NCBI RefSeq assembly: GCF_006345805.1
Contig: NC_042997.1
Location: forward strand, 138,508,001-138,572,000
Length of the DNA: 64,000 nt
Direction: 5' to 3'
From: Octopus sinensis
Taxonomy: Eukaryota
The notes under the pieces are model-generated. The model searched no databases. It saw only the letters and a program-made list of their open reading frames with translations, and was not told where the DNA came from. Positions 39,073 through 52,915 of the stretch are shown piece by piece. A program made the translations under genes and the position numbers. Position 1 is the stretch's first letter. Each line of letters opens with the position of its first letter.

Positions 39073-40074
39073 AATAATAATAATAATAACAATAATGTGA
39101 TTTGATCTTCACATTCTTTGAATTCACTAACCATATTTCTGAACTAGATTAAAAACATTCTCTTCCAAAACAGACTGGTTTCATTAACCATCAGATATTT
39201 GTTTTGAAGAGGAGAATCCTTTAATTTTAGCTAATTGCAGCACAAATTCTTGTGTTTTTTTTTTTATGACGATCAACTGCAGCAATTTTAAAAAAATGTA
39301 CAAAGTTTCCATCTTAATTCATATAGCCATTTTATAGGCACAAACAACTGTGTGCTTAGAAGCTTGCTGCGCAACCACATGGTTTCAAGTTTAATCCCAT
39401 AAAGTTCCACAATGAGCAAATGCTTTCTGTTATAGTTCCCAGATGACTGCAGCCTTGAGAGAGTATTTGATAGATGCCTGTCATATGTGTGTGTGTGTGT
39501 ATGCATATGATGTGCATGTGTATGTTGGTGTCTCCTTGTCTTGACATCGCATGACAGTGACAATTACTTAAATGAGTGTCACTGACATACAAACAGTATC
39601 ATTCATTCTCAATATTCCGTGAACATGTCAGGCCATGGGAAATATTACCTTGCTTGGAAAACAGGTGAGGGTTGGTGATAGGAAAGGCATCCAGTCATAA
39701 AAGCTGCCTTAATAAACTCTGTCCGACCCATGCAAGCATTGAGAAGAGAATGTTAAAATGATGATGATGATGATATGTATAGATGCATGAATTTATATAG
39801 GTAAAGTAAATATCAGAGTCATTGCAATCTATAAAGAAACAGCAAGAATTAATTAAAGATACTGCAAGCTTTTCTCCTGGTAGACTGGAGATACTGTCAA
39901 GTTGGAAGCCCTTCAATATCTTCAGTAGGTACCTCAGGGCTACAATGGTTTTGCTCAAATATAAATATATATATACACACACACACACACACATATACAT
40001 AATACACACACACATATAGACATATATATACAAACACATACACATCTGCCTGCCTGCCTTTATCTATCTATATA

Positions 40075-40170
40075 CAGGGTGAATCAAAAGTAGCGCCCAG
40101 TTTCTGGGAAGTCACGCCTCTTTTGTTTTCCGGTTATTACTGACAGTTTTGAAAGTTACTAAATCTGGAT
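40075..40170. mobile_element. Solo Tc1/mariner-type terminus
   Basis: TA followed by CAGGGTGAATCAAAAGT resembles the terminus of 19975-20784. No partner end found. Confidence 0.4.
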
Positions 40171-40492
40171 AATGCCAATTTGTTAATACTCTTTGATATC
40201 CCAACCCATAGAACAAGAGTTAAGAGTCAAAAGTATCTCTCAATTGAAAAGTCACATACATCAACTCTAAAACAGGAATTGGACACTACTTTTGACTCAC
40301 CCTATGGCACACACACACAATGTTCAGCAGCATTCCTTCTGGTTTTATGCTACGAATCCAAATTTTGCCAAGGTTGACATTGACTTTCACTCTTTCTGGG
40401 TTAATAAAATAAGTACCAGTTGAGTACTGCAGTCAATGTAATTGACTAGTCTCCTAACCACAAAATTCCTGGCCTTGTGCCTACAATAGAAA

Positions 40493-40546
<54 letters not shown>

Positions 40547-40554
40547 TATATATA

Positions 40555-42282
40555 TTGGGTCATCCCATGAATAATGCGGTTTTTTTAATACTTCTATTTT
40601 TCAAAATTAAGATAAACAAAGTTCTTTTTTAATCTAAAATATACTCTCCATTTTCTACAAAGCCCCTCTTCCAAAATTCACTTGTCCATGATGAAAAATA
40701 CTCCTGACCTTGTCTAAAGAATTTTCATTTTTAACATCCAAATGATTTTGAAGACTATGGAATAAATGATAATCAGATGGGGCAATGTCCGGTGAATATG
40801 GTGGGTGGGGCATCACTTCCCATTCAAACTGCTCCAGCCTTTGGAATGTTATCCTCGCTGTATGTGGGTGAGCATTATTCTGATGGATGAACACCTTTCA
40901 TCTTGAAACCAAAGATGGTAATTTTTCTTCTACTGCTAACTTAAGACACTCACAATAGATCTCCTCTGTTATCATTTGGTTTAGGTTTAAAAGTTCAAAG
41001 TGTGCTAAACCTTTCATATCCCACCAAACAGAAAACAATACCCTATGTGGGTGAAGACCTTCTTTAGCCTGGGGTGTCAGCGTTTCTCCTTTCCTTACCA
41101 GCACCTGACATTTTATAGAGAACCCATTTCTTATCACCAGTCACTATTCGGTCCAAAAAAGGTTCATTTGTGAGATGTGACAGCAAAGAAGAGAACACAT
41201 TCACTCTCTATGTGTGATTACACATGCAAAGTTTGTAAGAAACTCATTGACCGAATTTACTGACTTTTCCGATGATGTGCATGTGTTGAAGAATGGTTGG
41301 AGGATCAAATCCAAGCTTCTCTGGTAGTTCCTCTACAGTTACGATGGGATTTTGTTCCACCAGAGTTTGCAAGATGTCTTCGTTGAGCTCTACAGATCTT
41401 TCAGGACGAGGCTCGTCTTCTAGGCAGTAGTCTCTGGTTTGGAATTTCTAGAACCACCATTGACACAGACTTATGCTTACTGTCTGACCCCACATACTGC
41501 AGTAATATTCCTCAAACTTGGCATTGAATTGTTGCCTTTATTGAACTCATAAAGTAAAATATGCCAAATATGATCCTTTGTCACTTCCATTATAGCTTTG
41601 AAAAAATATCTGTTAAAACTGAACTGTACTCATCAAAACTTGCACTAAGAATAAGGACAAGGTAAAATTATTACCTGGTTTTATAGCAAGTACGTAAACA
41701 ATAAATAGTAAATAGTAGTAAATTGACTACACGCGTTTCGTGGCTATATTTTCAAATAGATAATAATAATAAAATCAATACGATTTAAAATTAACTTTAT
41801 CTAAAATTAATTCTATTTAAATATATGTATACATATATACACACATATATATAGACACATACATATATATACACACACACACACACATATATATACACAC
41901 ACATATATATACACACACACATATACATACACACACATACATATATATACATATATGCATATATATCTACATATATATATATATACAGACATATACATAC
42001 ATACATACACACACACACACATACATATATATACATATAGACATATACATACATACACACACACACACATATATATGTGTGTGTGTGTACACATATCACT
42101 TCCATTATAGCTTTGAAAAAATAACTTAAAATTGAACTGCACTCACCAAAACTTGCACTAAGAATAAGGACTAGGTAAATATATAACCTGCTTTTAGAGC
42201 AAGTTGATGCAGGTAGTTTATCCTGTCCCACTCTGACTTTTAGTTCATGCAACTGAAATGCACTATTTATGGGATGACCCAA
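40555..42282 (-). mobile_element. Mariner (DD34D) transposon with both TIRs; transposase pseudogene about 41590 to 40630
   Basis: TIRs TTGGGTCATCCCATGAATAATGC (40555) and GCACTATTTATGGGATGACCCAA (ending 42282), each flanked by TA. Peptides MEVTKDHIWHILLYEFNKG, FLDRIVTGDKKWVLY, EGLHPHRVLFSVWWDMKG and [20 protein letters not shown], with multiple stops and frameshifts. Confidence 0.96.
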
Positions 42283-42283
42283 T

Positions 42284-42336
<53 letters not shown>

Positions 42337-42813
42337 TATATATACATATATACACACACACACATATATATACACATATATACACACACACACATATATA
42401 TACATATACACACACACACATATATATACATATACACACACACATATATATACATATATACACACACAGATATATATATATATATACATATATACACACA
42501 CCACACACATATATATACATATACACACACACATATATATATATATATATACATACATATATATATACATATACATACACATATATATATACATATACAT
42601 ACACATATATATATACATATACACACACATATATATATACATATACATACACATATGTATATACATATACATATGTATATACATATACATACACATATAT
42701 ATATACATATACATATGTATATACATATACATACACATATATATATACATATACATACACATATGTATATACATATACATACACATATGTATATACATAT
42801 ACATACATATACA
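42283..42813. repeat. Long compound (CA)/(TA)/(TACA) microsatellite field
   Basis: Read directly; it generates the 200-aa YIH/THT ORFs in the track. Confidence 0.97.
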
Positions 42814-43112
42814 TATCACGTGACCGACCAGACCATCAAATGTTGTTACACATCGCTGGTCACAATGCGTTCGCATTGTTTTAGCCTTCGAATGACGCCA
42901 CCCCGCTGGCTAAGCGAGCAGGCCAACTGAAGAAAGAGTGAGAGAAAGAGTGGTGAAGGAGTACAGCAGGGATCACCACCCCCTGCCGGAGCCTCGTGGA
43001 GCTTTTAGGTGTTTTCGCTCATTAAACACACACAACGCCAGGTCTGGGAATCGAAACCGCGATCCTACGACCGCAAGTCCACTGCCCTAACCACTAGGCC
43101 ATTGCGCCTCCA
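42814..43112 (-). mobile_element. SINE family C, full length, young
   Basis: tRNA head TGGAGGCGCAATGGCCTAGTGGTTAGGGCAGTGGAC...GGTTTCGATTCCC; highly similar to 53018-53328; CpGs retained. Confidence 0.93.
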
Positions 43113-43307
43113 CATATATATATATTATATATATATATATATATATACATATACACATATATACATATATGTATACACACACGTACATGTGCATATATGT
43201 ATATATAATATATACATGTATGTATACATATATACACATACACACACACAAATGTGTATAGATATATTTTTATATCAGTATGTATAAGCATAGATGCATA
43301 AATGGTT

Positions 43308-43356
<49 letters not shown>

Positions 43357-43385
43357 ATAAATATCTGTTTTTATACACATATATT

Positions 43386-43417
<32 letters not shown>

Positions 43418-43957
43418 CAGATGCACGCATTTATAAACATACGCAATTGTATATATGGCATATATACAGGTATCAGTAGCTCTATTTGTGGCGCAACACA
43501 TTCTAAAAATATCATGACAGTCTGAAAATGGTATGGACTAGCCTGGACAAAATTTCAAGCATATTAGAGATATACTCTTAAAAGCAGACATGCCTGTCTA
43601 CATCTGGGACTTGTGCTGTGCTTGCATAGATCCGTTTGTGCAAGCAAATGTGTGTGTGGGGGTATAGTTAGTTGTAAATGTACTTACATGCGAGTATTTT
43701 TCAGACTAGCATATATATACATATGTATTTGTATATCTGTGTCGGTGGCACATAAAATCACCCACTACACTCTCGGAGTGGTTGGCGTTAGGAAGGGCAT
43801 CCAGCTGTAGAAACACTGCCAGATCTGACTGGACTGGTGCAGCTTTCGGGCTCCCCAGACCCCAGTTGAACCGTCCAACCCATGCTAGCATGGAAAGCGG
43901 ACGTTAAATGATGATGATGATGATATGATGATGATGATGATGATATGTATTTGTGTG

Positions 43958-44012
<55 letters not shown>

Positions 44013-44023
44013 GTATTTGTGTG

Positions 44024-44072
<49 letters not shown>

Positions 44073-44194
44073 TGTATTCATGTCCATGTATAGAACAGAC
44101 GGATGCAAGTATGTCAGTGGATAAATGAGGGTGGAGAGGTTTGTACTAAATTTTGAGTGAGTTGTGTGTGCGTGCATACATATATATATATATA

Positions 44195-44421
44195 CAGTAA
44201 CCCATCGGGTATTAGGTTCCAAAAATTCCTACAGAAACAATTAAAATGCCAGAAAATATAAATACCTATCGGCCGCAGAAACCAGGACATACTGAGGAGT
44301 CTGTAATATAAATTTACAAATACTAGCCAGAGAAATCTGTGATGTATTGAGTGCGCGATAGGTGAACGACAATTTACTGAGTGTGGGAATAGGTGAACCA
44401 CGATAGGGTGAGGGATTATTG
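44195..44421. mobile_element. pogo/Tigger-like MITE
   Basis: TA-CAGTAACCCATCG ... TGAGGGATTATTG-TA: imperfect TIRs with TA on both sides. Confidence 0.6.
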
Positions 44422-44434
44422 TATATAAAATAGG

Positions 44435-44587
44435 TGTAGGCATGGCTGTGTGGTAAGAAGCTTACTTCCCAACCACATGATTCCAGGTTCAGTCCCACCA
44501 TGTGGCACCTTGGGCAAATGTCTTCTACTATAGCTCCAGGCCAACCAAAACCTTGTGAGTGGATTTGGTTGATGGAAAGAAGCCCAT

Positions 44588-44636
<49 letters not shown>

Positions 44637-44850
44637 GTATATATATGTTTTTGTGTCTGTGTTTAACCCCACCACCATCGCTTGATAACCAATGCTGGTG
44701 CGTTTACCTCTCCGTAACCTATCGGTTCAGCAAAAGAGGCCGATAGAATAAGTACTAGGCTTATGAAGAATAAGTCCTGGGGTTGATTTGTTTGACTAAA
44801 GGTGGCGCTTCAGCATGGCCGCAGTCAAATGACTGAAACAAGTAAAAGAA
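44435..44850 (+). mobile_element. SINE family A, full length
   Basis: Head, core, internal microsatellite and tail all present. Confidence 0.92.
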
Positions 44851-45440
44851 CATACATATAAATATAAATATATATATATACACATATATATACATACATT
44901 GTTATAATTTTGGGACGAGAGAAGAGCATGTCAACGTCTCTTGCGTGTGTGTTTTTCCATATGCTTCTTTGGGGCCCCTCAGTGCAATTTTTGAATCTCT
45001 ATACTTATACACGCACGCACATATATGCATACCCATATATATACACATCTATCTATATATATATATATATATATATATATCTATATATATATATATATAT
45101 GCACACATAGACACATACATATATAAATATATACATACATATATATATTTCTTTATTACCCACAAGGGGATAAACACAGAGGGGACAAACAAGGACACAC
45201 AAACGGATTAAGTCGATTACATCGACCCCAGTGCGTAACTGGTACTTAATTTATCGACCCCGAAAGGATGAAAAGCAAAGTCGACACATAAACACACACA
45301 CATATATATATATATATATAATCAAAATAAGCAATATTTGATTATAATCACCCCATGGATTTATATGGATAACACCATACAAAATTCTGGTGCATCTAAC
45401 TTAAGTACCATATTCATTTGAATCTAAATTTTGCTGAACT

Positions 45441-45484
<44 letters not shown>

Positions 45485-45934
45485 TATATGTGAATACATA
45501 AATATATTTCGATCTGTTTATGTATACGAATGTCTGTAAAAGAATGTGAGAATACAAATGACTACATGTTTCTGCCTGTGTGTATGTTAATGTATATGGT
45601 ATCTTAATCTATACATTCAAATTTGAGTGAGTGCATAAAAAAATTTGAGTCCTTGTGCATGTCTGTGTTGATGTTATGCGTAAGTGCACATCAGTTTGAA
45701 TATGGTTGCATATGTGTAAATCTATAAATAGAATTGGATGTGTGTATGTTGTTTTATGCATTGGTAGATGTGTATCAGGTTGTGCTTGCATGTGCATGTG
45801 TGTGTGTGTGTGTGTGTGTGTGTTTCAATTTATGCGTAAAGTGTTAGCTAGCATGTTGCTTACATACGAGTAAAAGTATGATCACTTCAATGTGTGCATG
45901 TTTATGAAGAGCTGCATGATATAGCCATATGTAA

Positions 45935-45970
<36 letters not shown>

Positions 45971-46776
45971 GTAATATTTATGAGTATTTGTGAGAATGTA
46001 TGAATGTGTGTGTGTGTCGCTCTCTTTGCATAGATTTGTTTAACTTAATGCAGGTTAAGTTATATTTTAAACATCCTGTGTTCAAATCAGAAAACTCCAA
46101 AAACTGAAATACGTGAAGGCAAGAGTGTGCGTGCACACACACACACGCACACATTCTTCCTCTCTCTCTCTTTCACTCAGAGAAAGAAATTACAGAGGAT
46201 TTCAAGAGCCACATGGGCTAGAAACACTAATGTATAAGTAAAATTCAAGCAATATTTTACTAACTCTGAGGTTAATTAGGGAACAAATGCTATAAACTTC
46301 CAAATTATTCTAAAGTTTCTCAAAATCTGAATATAAAGTCAACAGGAATTATACATATATATATAAGCACACACACATAAATATGTGTTTGCATGTGCTT
46401 ATGTATGGGTGTGTATGATATATGCATATAAATATCTTTTACTTGCTTCAGTGACTGCAGCCATGCTGGAGCACTGCCTTACACACACACACATGTGTGT
46501 GTGTGTGTGTGGGGGGGGTGTATATATATATTTTTTTACACACATGCATGTGCGTGCACACACACACACATGATCCGTGCAGTTATTTAAATCTGAAGTC
46601 ATCCTCCATCACTAGTTAGAAGTTTTCTCCATTTTGGCTCAATGGAAAATACAAAAATTCAACAAGTGAAAAAAGGCGCTTCCAGCTTCCAGTATGTAAC
46701 AATAGCTGAGTATATATTTCTGCTCATTTGTACAATCAAAGCAAGATATATGTGTGTGAGTGTGTGTGTGTATGTA

Positions 46777-46816
<40 letters not shown>

Positions 46817-46997
46817 CACACACATACACATATTTACATGTATGTATACACACACTTTTTTTTTAGTTCTGTGGAAAGTTACAAGAGTGACTCAAGAGCT
46901 GAGAGTTATAAGTATGACATGAGTGAAACTCTTATCTTTGAGTCACTCTCATAACCTGCGAATTAAAAAATATATAAAAAAAGTATGTGTGTGTGTG

Positions 46998-47035
<38 letters not shown>

Positions 47036-48244
47036 TCATGTACTGAGTTGTATCTCTGTTTGCTCCACTAAACTTTTATATAAAAATCACACAAACACAC
47101 GGAAAATATATATACACACATGTTTGCGTGTGTGTGTTAAGAGACAAATAGATATAGTGTAAACCTGTATGGGCGGATTTATTTGTATGTATGTGCGTGC
47201 GCATCTGTACGCGTGTGTATGCTTATGCAGGTCATAGCCATACGAAGAGAATACTGCAGTTTTATGCAGAAATAATACTAAGTAACTGCGCAGATTCATA
47301 TTCAAACATAATTACGCAACTGCGCACATTATATACGCACATACACGTATATACATAGATACACATATAAAATCATTTATGTGTGTGCGTGTATGTATAT
47401 GTGGATATGTACATATATATATATATATATAATGTAAAATCCAGTTGCCATTCACACATGCATATACTCACAAAACAATGGCAGAATACATGTGTACGCT
47501 TGTGAGCATATTTGTACATATGAATTGTTTGTACGTATGAGCATGGCACTGTAAGAGTGTTTGGAGTGCTCATGTGTCATTTAGCCCCAGGTCAGTCCGA
47601 TCCATTATACGCAGTCCTATCTTTGATTCCAAAGTCTCATATGTTCTTAAGACTAAAGAACGTGATGAAGCAGACTGTCGCTATTTCTAGCAGATTCAAC
47701 AATCGTGTCTGTCTATGTATATGTAAAATATGTTTGCGTATATGCACATATACATAGATACACACATAGAATCATTTATATTTATATATATGTGTGTGCA
47801 AGTGTATATGTATATATGTGTATGTGTGTGTGTATGTATGTGTATACATATATGTGTGTGTAAATATGGGGGTACATGTAAGTATGCATACATATATATA
47901 TAGATATCTGTGCCTTGTTTAGCCAATCCCTTTACGAAAGAGGAAGAGAGTGGAAGGCAATGTGTGCTCCATATAGTCCACAGCGGCTAGCTCAAACATT
48001 TTGATATGGCCTCTCTGATACATACATACATACATATATATATATATATCACATATAAAACACAGACACAAGCATATACGCATACACACAGATTTGTATA
48101 TACATATACATACATATGTATGTGCGTGTATGTATAAATTTGTCGGTATGTGCGTGTGTGTGTATATATATATATATATGTGTGTGTATATACTGACACG
48201 CACACATATATACAATGAGTATGTGTGTCTGTGTATATATATAT

Positions 48245-48275
<31 letters not shown>

Positions 48276-50118
48276 AAGAGACTCATACCCATACAAGCAT
48301 ATTCATAAAAGCTTGTATGCATTTACATATATTTTACATATGCATACAATGAAGAAGTCTCTATGTGTCACTTAACCTGCAAGCAAAACCTACAGCCTAC
48401 AAAGTCACTTCCATATCACATCCTATCATCTTGAAAAATTTCAGCTTAACAGACAGGAGATAATCATGGCTGGAATGACTTTGACGAGAGATCTTCTCCA
48501 TCCGAGACTGATATGGAAGTGTTAAACAGCAAGTAGGGATGCACTGCACATGCATGTGTGAGTGTAGATAGATAGAATTATGACGGCTTGCAGTATTGCA
48601 TTTGTGTAAATTGTAAGAAATTGCGAAAGGAAACACTCAGTGCTGTTTAAGTAGAGAGGAATAGTATTTATTGAAAGCTGAGTCTTTGTTCGTTGTTACT
48701 CGGAGTTTCCCTTTTTCGCATATTCGATACAAAATATGGCATGTTGAGACTCAATACGGACCAAGATTTGAATGTACATACATATTATATATATATATAT
48801 ATATGAAGAGCGTTCAATGTATATATATACTGGTTTAATAGCAAATATTGCCTGTTTCCCTATATGTGTGTGTGGGTATGCGTGAATATATGTGTATATA
48901 TATATATCACACACAAATATATAGTTATATAACCATATGAAACTTGTGTGCATGAATATGCACGCGTATGTACATATATATAGACAGAATCAAATACATA
49001 TATATATATATGTGTGTGTGTATGTATGTATGTATGTATATACATACATACACACACACACACACTCATTTTCCCCCACTTTTTTTTTCTTTCTAGTGGT
49101 TTCAGAGACTAAACTACTGCTATGCAGGGGAACTGGCTTCAAAGGTTTTAGTCCATCATAACCATCCAAGTAATTATTTCAGTCTGGCACACATTTTGTC
49201 AATCTCTAACCACTGAAACTCTGTTATGGGACATGAAAAGGCAAAATATAAACCAGAGCACACACACACAAATGAATATCTTCTACGCAATTTCCATCCG
49301 TTGAACGGCACCCACTCACGAGGATTTTGACAATCTAAGGACAGCGAAGAAAACACTTGCCCAAAAACTGATGCGCAGTAGTATTGAACACAGAATCAGG
49401 TTGTTTCGTAACAAAAAAAACATTTTTAACCCGAGTAAACCTCACACCCATATTACACTGAACACAGTCCCAGACGCATAGAGATAAGGTGCGTATTCTC
49501 AAACAAGCCAAACCATGCCAAGATTACCAAATTCTGCTACAATAATTATGATTATACTTAAGTGTGAATGTATGGACATGACTATAAGCATATGCATGTG
49601 TGTGTGTATGTACACACACACAAACATAAATGTCCAACTGCAGAAGAGAAAACAATGTCAAACTACGAAAAAGGACATTTCTTATTTAACTGCGCAGAAG
49701 CATAAATACTTTATATAAGGATATTTATATCCAATTCTAACTGCCTGTCTGTCAGTCTCTCTCTCTCTCTGCGTACACACACACATGCGCGCGCGCGTAT
49801 GTATTACATGCAGATTCACACATAAATACACAGATAATCATTATGCATTTACATGAGCATATATATTTATGAGTGTATGTATATATATATATATATACAC
49901 ATACATGTGTGTGTATAGATATGTCTATGAGTGTGCCTAAGTAAATATATACACACATATATATATATATAATTGAAATAGATAAATGAATTATCTTATT
50001 ACGGATAATTCAAATGATAACCGATACTTGGGTAGCAAAATTCACAACAGAAAAAGCACGGTTGAAGTTACGACCATGGGGCATAAGATCCGTGCCTTAG
50101 TGCGGAAATTTGAAGTTT

Positions 50119-50289
50119 TATATATTAAGTATAGTAAAGAATGGAGCTGAAGGAAGATTTAACCAAGTTCCTTTATTTTATTTTCGACATATGTTTCGAA
50201 GTCAGACTTCGAAACATATGTCGAAAATAAAATAAAGGAACTTGGTTAAATCTTTGTTCAGCTCCATTCTTTACTATACTTAATATATA
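50119..50289. repeat. 171-bp near-perfect palindrome with a 1-nt loop
   Basis: Centre at 50204 (GAAGTC-A-GACTTC); 85-bp arms with only two adjacent mispairs (50152/50256 and 50153/50255). Confidence 0.97.
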
Positions 50290-50890
50290 TATATATATAT
50301 TCGTGGATATACATATGCGTGTATCTGAATGTACCTAAATCAGAAATAGGCCATATATAGTGAGACACGCAACCAAAGATCAGGCTCAGTAGTGGGTCCA
50401 CACGCCACCCAGTACTCACAGTAATTTGACACAGGGCATCAACCTCAGGATAACAATGAATACCATAACTATTTTTTGCTTAATTATATATTTCTCTGTG
50501 TGTGTGTGTGTGTGTGTGTGTATGTAGATTCATTCACATGTATATGAATATGTATTTATATATATGTGTGTGTGTATAAGTGCGATTGGGAACTTATATA
50601 ATTGAAGGTTAAAACAATTGACAGTAAATTTGAAGTCTGTGTTTATTTGCCATCATAACACAGTTTTGTGATGGCATATAGGCCAAAACTTTGAAGTTAC
50701 TGTCAACTTTTTTGCGAAAAATAATATAAATATGGTACTTTACCAGCAAGTATTCAGTGGTCCACAATTTAATATCGATCAACTATTTTTATATTACTTT
50801 TCATTCAAAAATATACATTCATACACACACGCGTGCACATATGCATACATATATTTATACATACATGCATACATATATTTATACTTACAT

Positions 50891-50923
<33 letters not shown>

Positions 50924-51625
50924 CACATGCACACATATACATAAACTTATATACACATATGTAGTATACAAATGCATACATATACAATAGTATTGGTTTT
51001 ACATGAAGAATTTGAGTTTTGTCGCATGAAATCAATGGTAATATTGTTAATGTAAAAATAATGGTCTAGTCTATTTGTAGAATGCTAGTACATGAGAAAT
51101 TACAAGAAACAATGAGAAGCATGTTGATGCAAAAAGTGACAGGTTGAATAATTCTTTTTACATCCAAGAATTCCATTGCACTACTAAATTCCAGATCTGA
51201 AGTTTTCAGCAAATGCAAGCACATGGACAAATTTCTGTTAGTAAACTGGAGAACACCACCCTCTCTGGATTGAGCAGTTGTTTTGCAGACTTTGGAACCC
51301 CTTTCCATTGAATTATTCAACATCAATCTTCTCATTTTTTTCTCATGTACAAGCATCCTGATTTTCATAGAGAATAGACCAAGTACTCAGAGCTTAAAGA
51401 CAGCTTGGAGACACAAGGTGTGTTATAAAAACTTGCCAAGGCACATGTCTTCAAAGCAAGAAACTATTAGTAGCTCATATTTTTAAACTGTGTACATTAA
51501 ATTATATTCATCTCTAATAGGATAAAATATGTTTTTCCTTGATCTTATCTTAACAGAAGAGTAAACTATAAATATATATATACATATATTTACATACATA
51601 TACACTTGTGCGTGTATATCCTCTT

Positions 51626-51978
51626 ATTCTTTTACTTGTTTCAGTCATTTAACTGCAGCCATGCTGGAGCACTGCCTTAAAGGGTTTTAACAAATCGACC
51701 CTAGGACTTATTTATTTCAAGCCTAGTATTTATTCTATTGGTCTCTGTTGCTGAACCACTAAGTTATGAGGAGGTAGACAGATCAACACCAGTCGTCAAG
51801 TGGTGATGAGGGGACAGACATGGACACAAAGACACACATGTATGTATGTATATATATGACGGGCTTTTTCAGTTTCTGCCTACCAAATCCACTCACTTGG
51901 CCAAGGTGCCACACAGTGGGATTGAACTGGGAATCACGTGGTTAGGAAGCAAGCTTCTTACCACACAACCACACCTGC
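51626..51978 (-). mobile_element. SINE family A with an internal deletion
   Basis: Tail, body and head present. Further fragments at 53783-53985(-) and 54385-54660(-). Confidence 0.85.
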
Positions 51979-52309
51979 ACATGTAAATATACATATAACA
52001 GTACACCACCAATTTGCCAGTACCTGATTGATGAGTACTTATTTAATGCAGATGAATTGTGAGGAGGAACCCAAAATTTCTGTGGCCATTAGTTTTCCTG
52101 TGTGACCAAAGGTGGCTTTGTGAATTACTGATGTTCATATGTATTTCTTACACTGCACTTGTTGGCGGGACACTAAGATTTTGAGAGATCTGCTTATTTA
52201 GCTTAAAGTTACCTTCAGGTAAGAAAACTAACAGTATCAACATTAGTGTCAAACATAAACACTAGTCACATCAATCCCAGATAAAGTAGACTTGTTTATG
52301 GTATTTTAT

Positions 52310-52915
52310 ATGCCGCTACATTCTGAGTTCAAATTCCGCAAAGGTTGACTTTACCTTTTATCCTTTCAGGGTGGATAAATTAAGTACCAGTGAAACATTG
52401 GGGTTGAAGTAATTGACTTGTCTCCTCTCCTTCAATTTCAGGCCTTTTGCCAATGGTAGAAAGGATTATTATTAGTAGTATTAAGGTGGTGAGCTGGAAG
52501 AATCGTTAGCATGCTGGACAAAATGCTTAGTGGTACTTCACCCGCTGCTATGGTCTGAGTTCAAATTTTGCCAAGGTCAACTTTACCTTTTTATCCTTTT
52601 GGGGGTTGTTAAATTAAGTACTAGTGAAACATGGGGGCTTATGTAATCGACTAGTCCTCTCTCCCACAAATATCAGGCCTTGTGCCTGTAGTAGAAAAGA
52701 TTATTATTATTATTATTATTATTATCATATAACCTTGGTAAGGCGGCAAGCAGCATTTCTTCGGGCTCTTTATGTTCAATTTCAGCTGAGTTTGACATTG
52801 CCTTTCATCCTCTGAGGTCAATAAAACGAAGTTGAAAACTAGGGTCAGTATAATCGAACTAATTACTCTTCCCACCTAAAATTGCTGGCCTTGTGTCAAA
52901 ATTTGAAATTGTTAT
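52310..52915 (+). mobile_element. Chain of three family-D SINEs joined by (ATT)n tails
   Basis: Three consecutive units; the first two end GTAGAAA(G/A)GATTATTATT and the third ends AATTTGAAATTGTTATT. Confidence 0.88.

Noticed and set aside
48453-48532. Exon-like peptide TGDNHGWNDFDERSSPSETDMEVLNSK
   Set aside because: The opposite strand (TCAAAGTCATTCCAGCCATGA...TTCAAGATGATAGG) belongs to a dispersed repeat family also seen near 29780-30150, 32390-32590 and 47580-47710.
51066-51368. 100-aa ATG-initiated ORF in non-repetitive sequence
   Set aside because: No recognisable domain; a few ORFs of this length are expected by chance over six frames.
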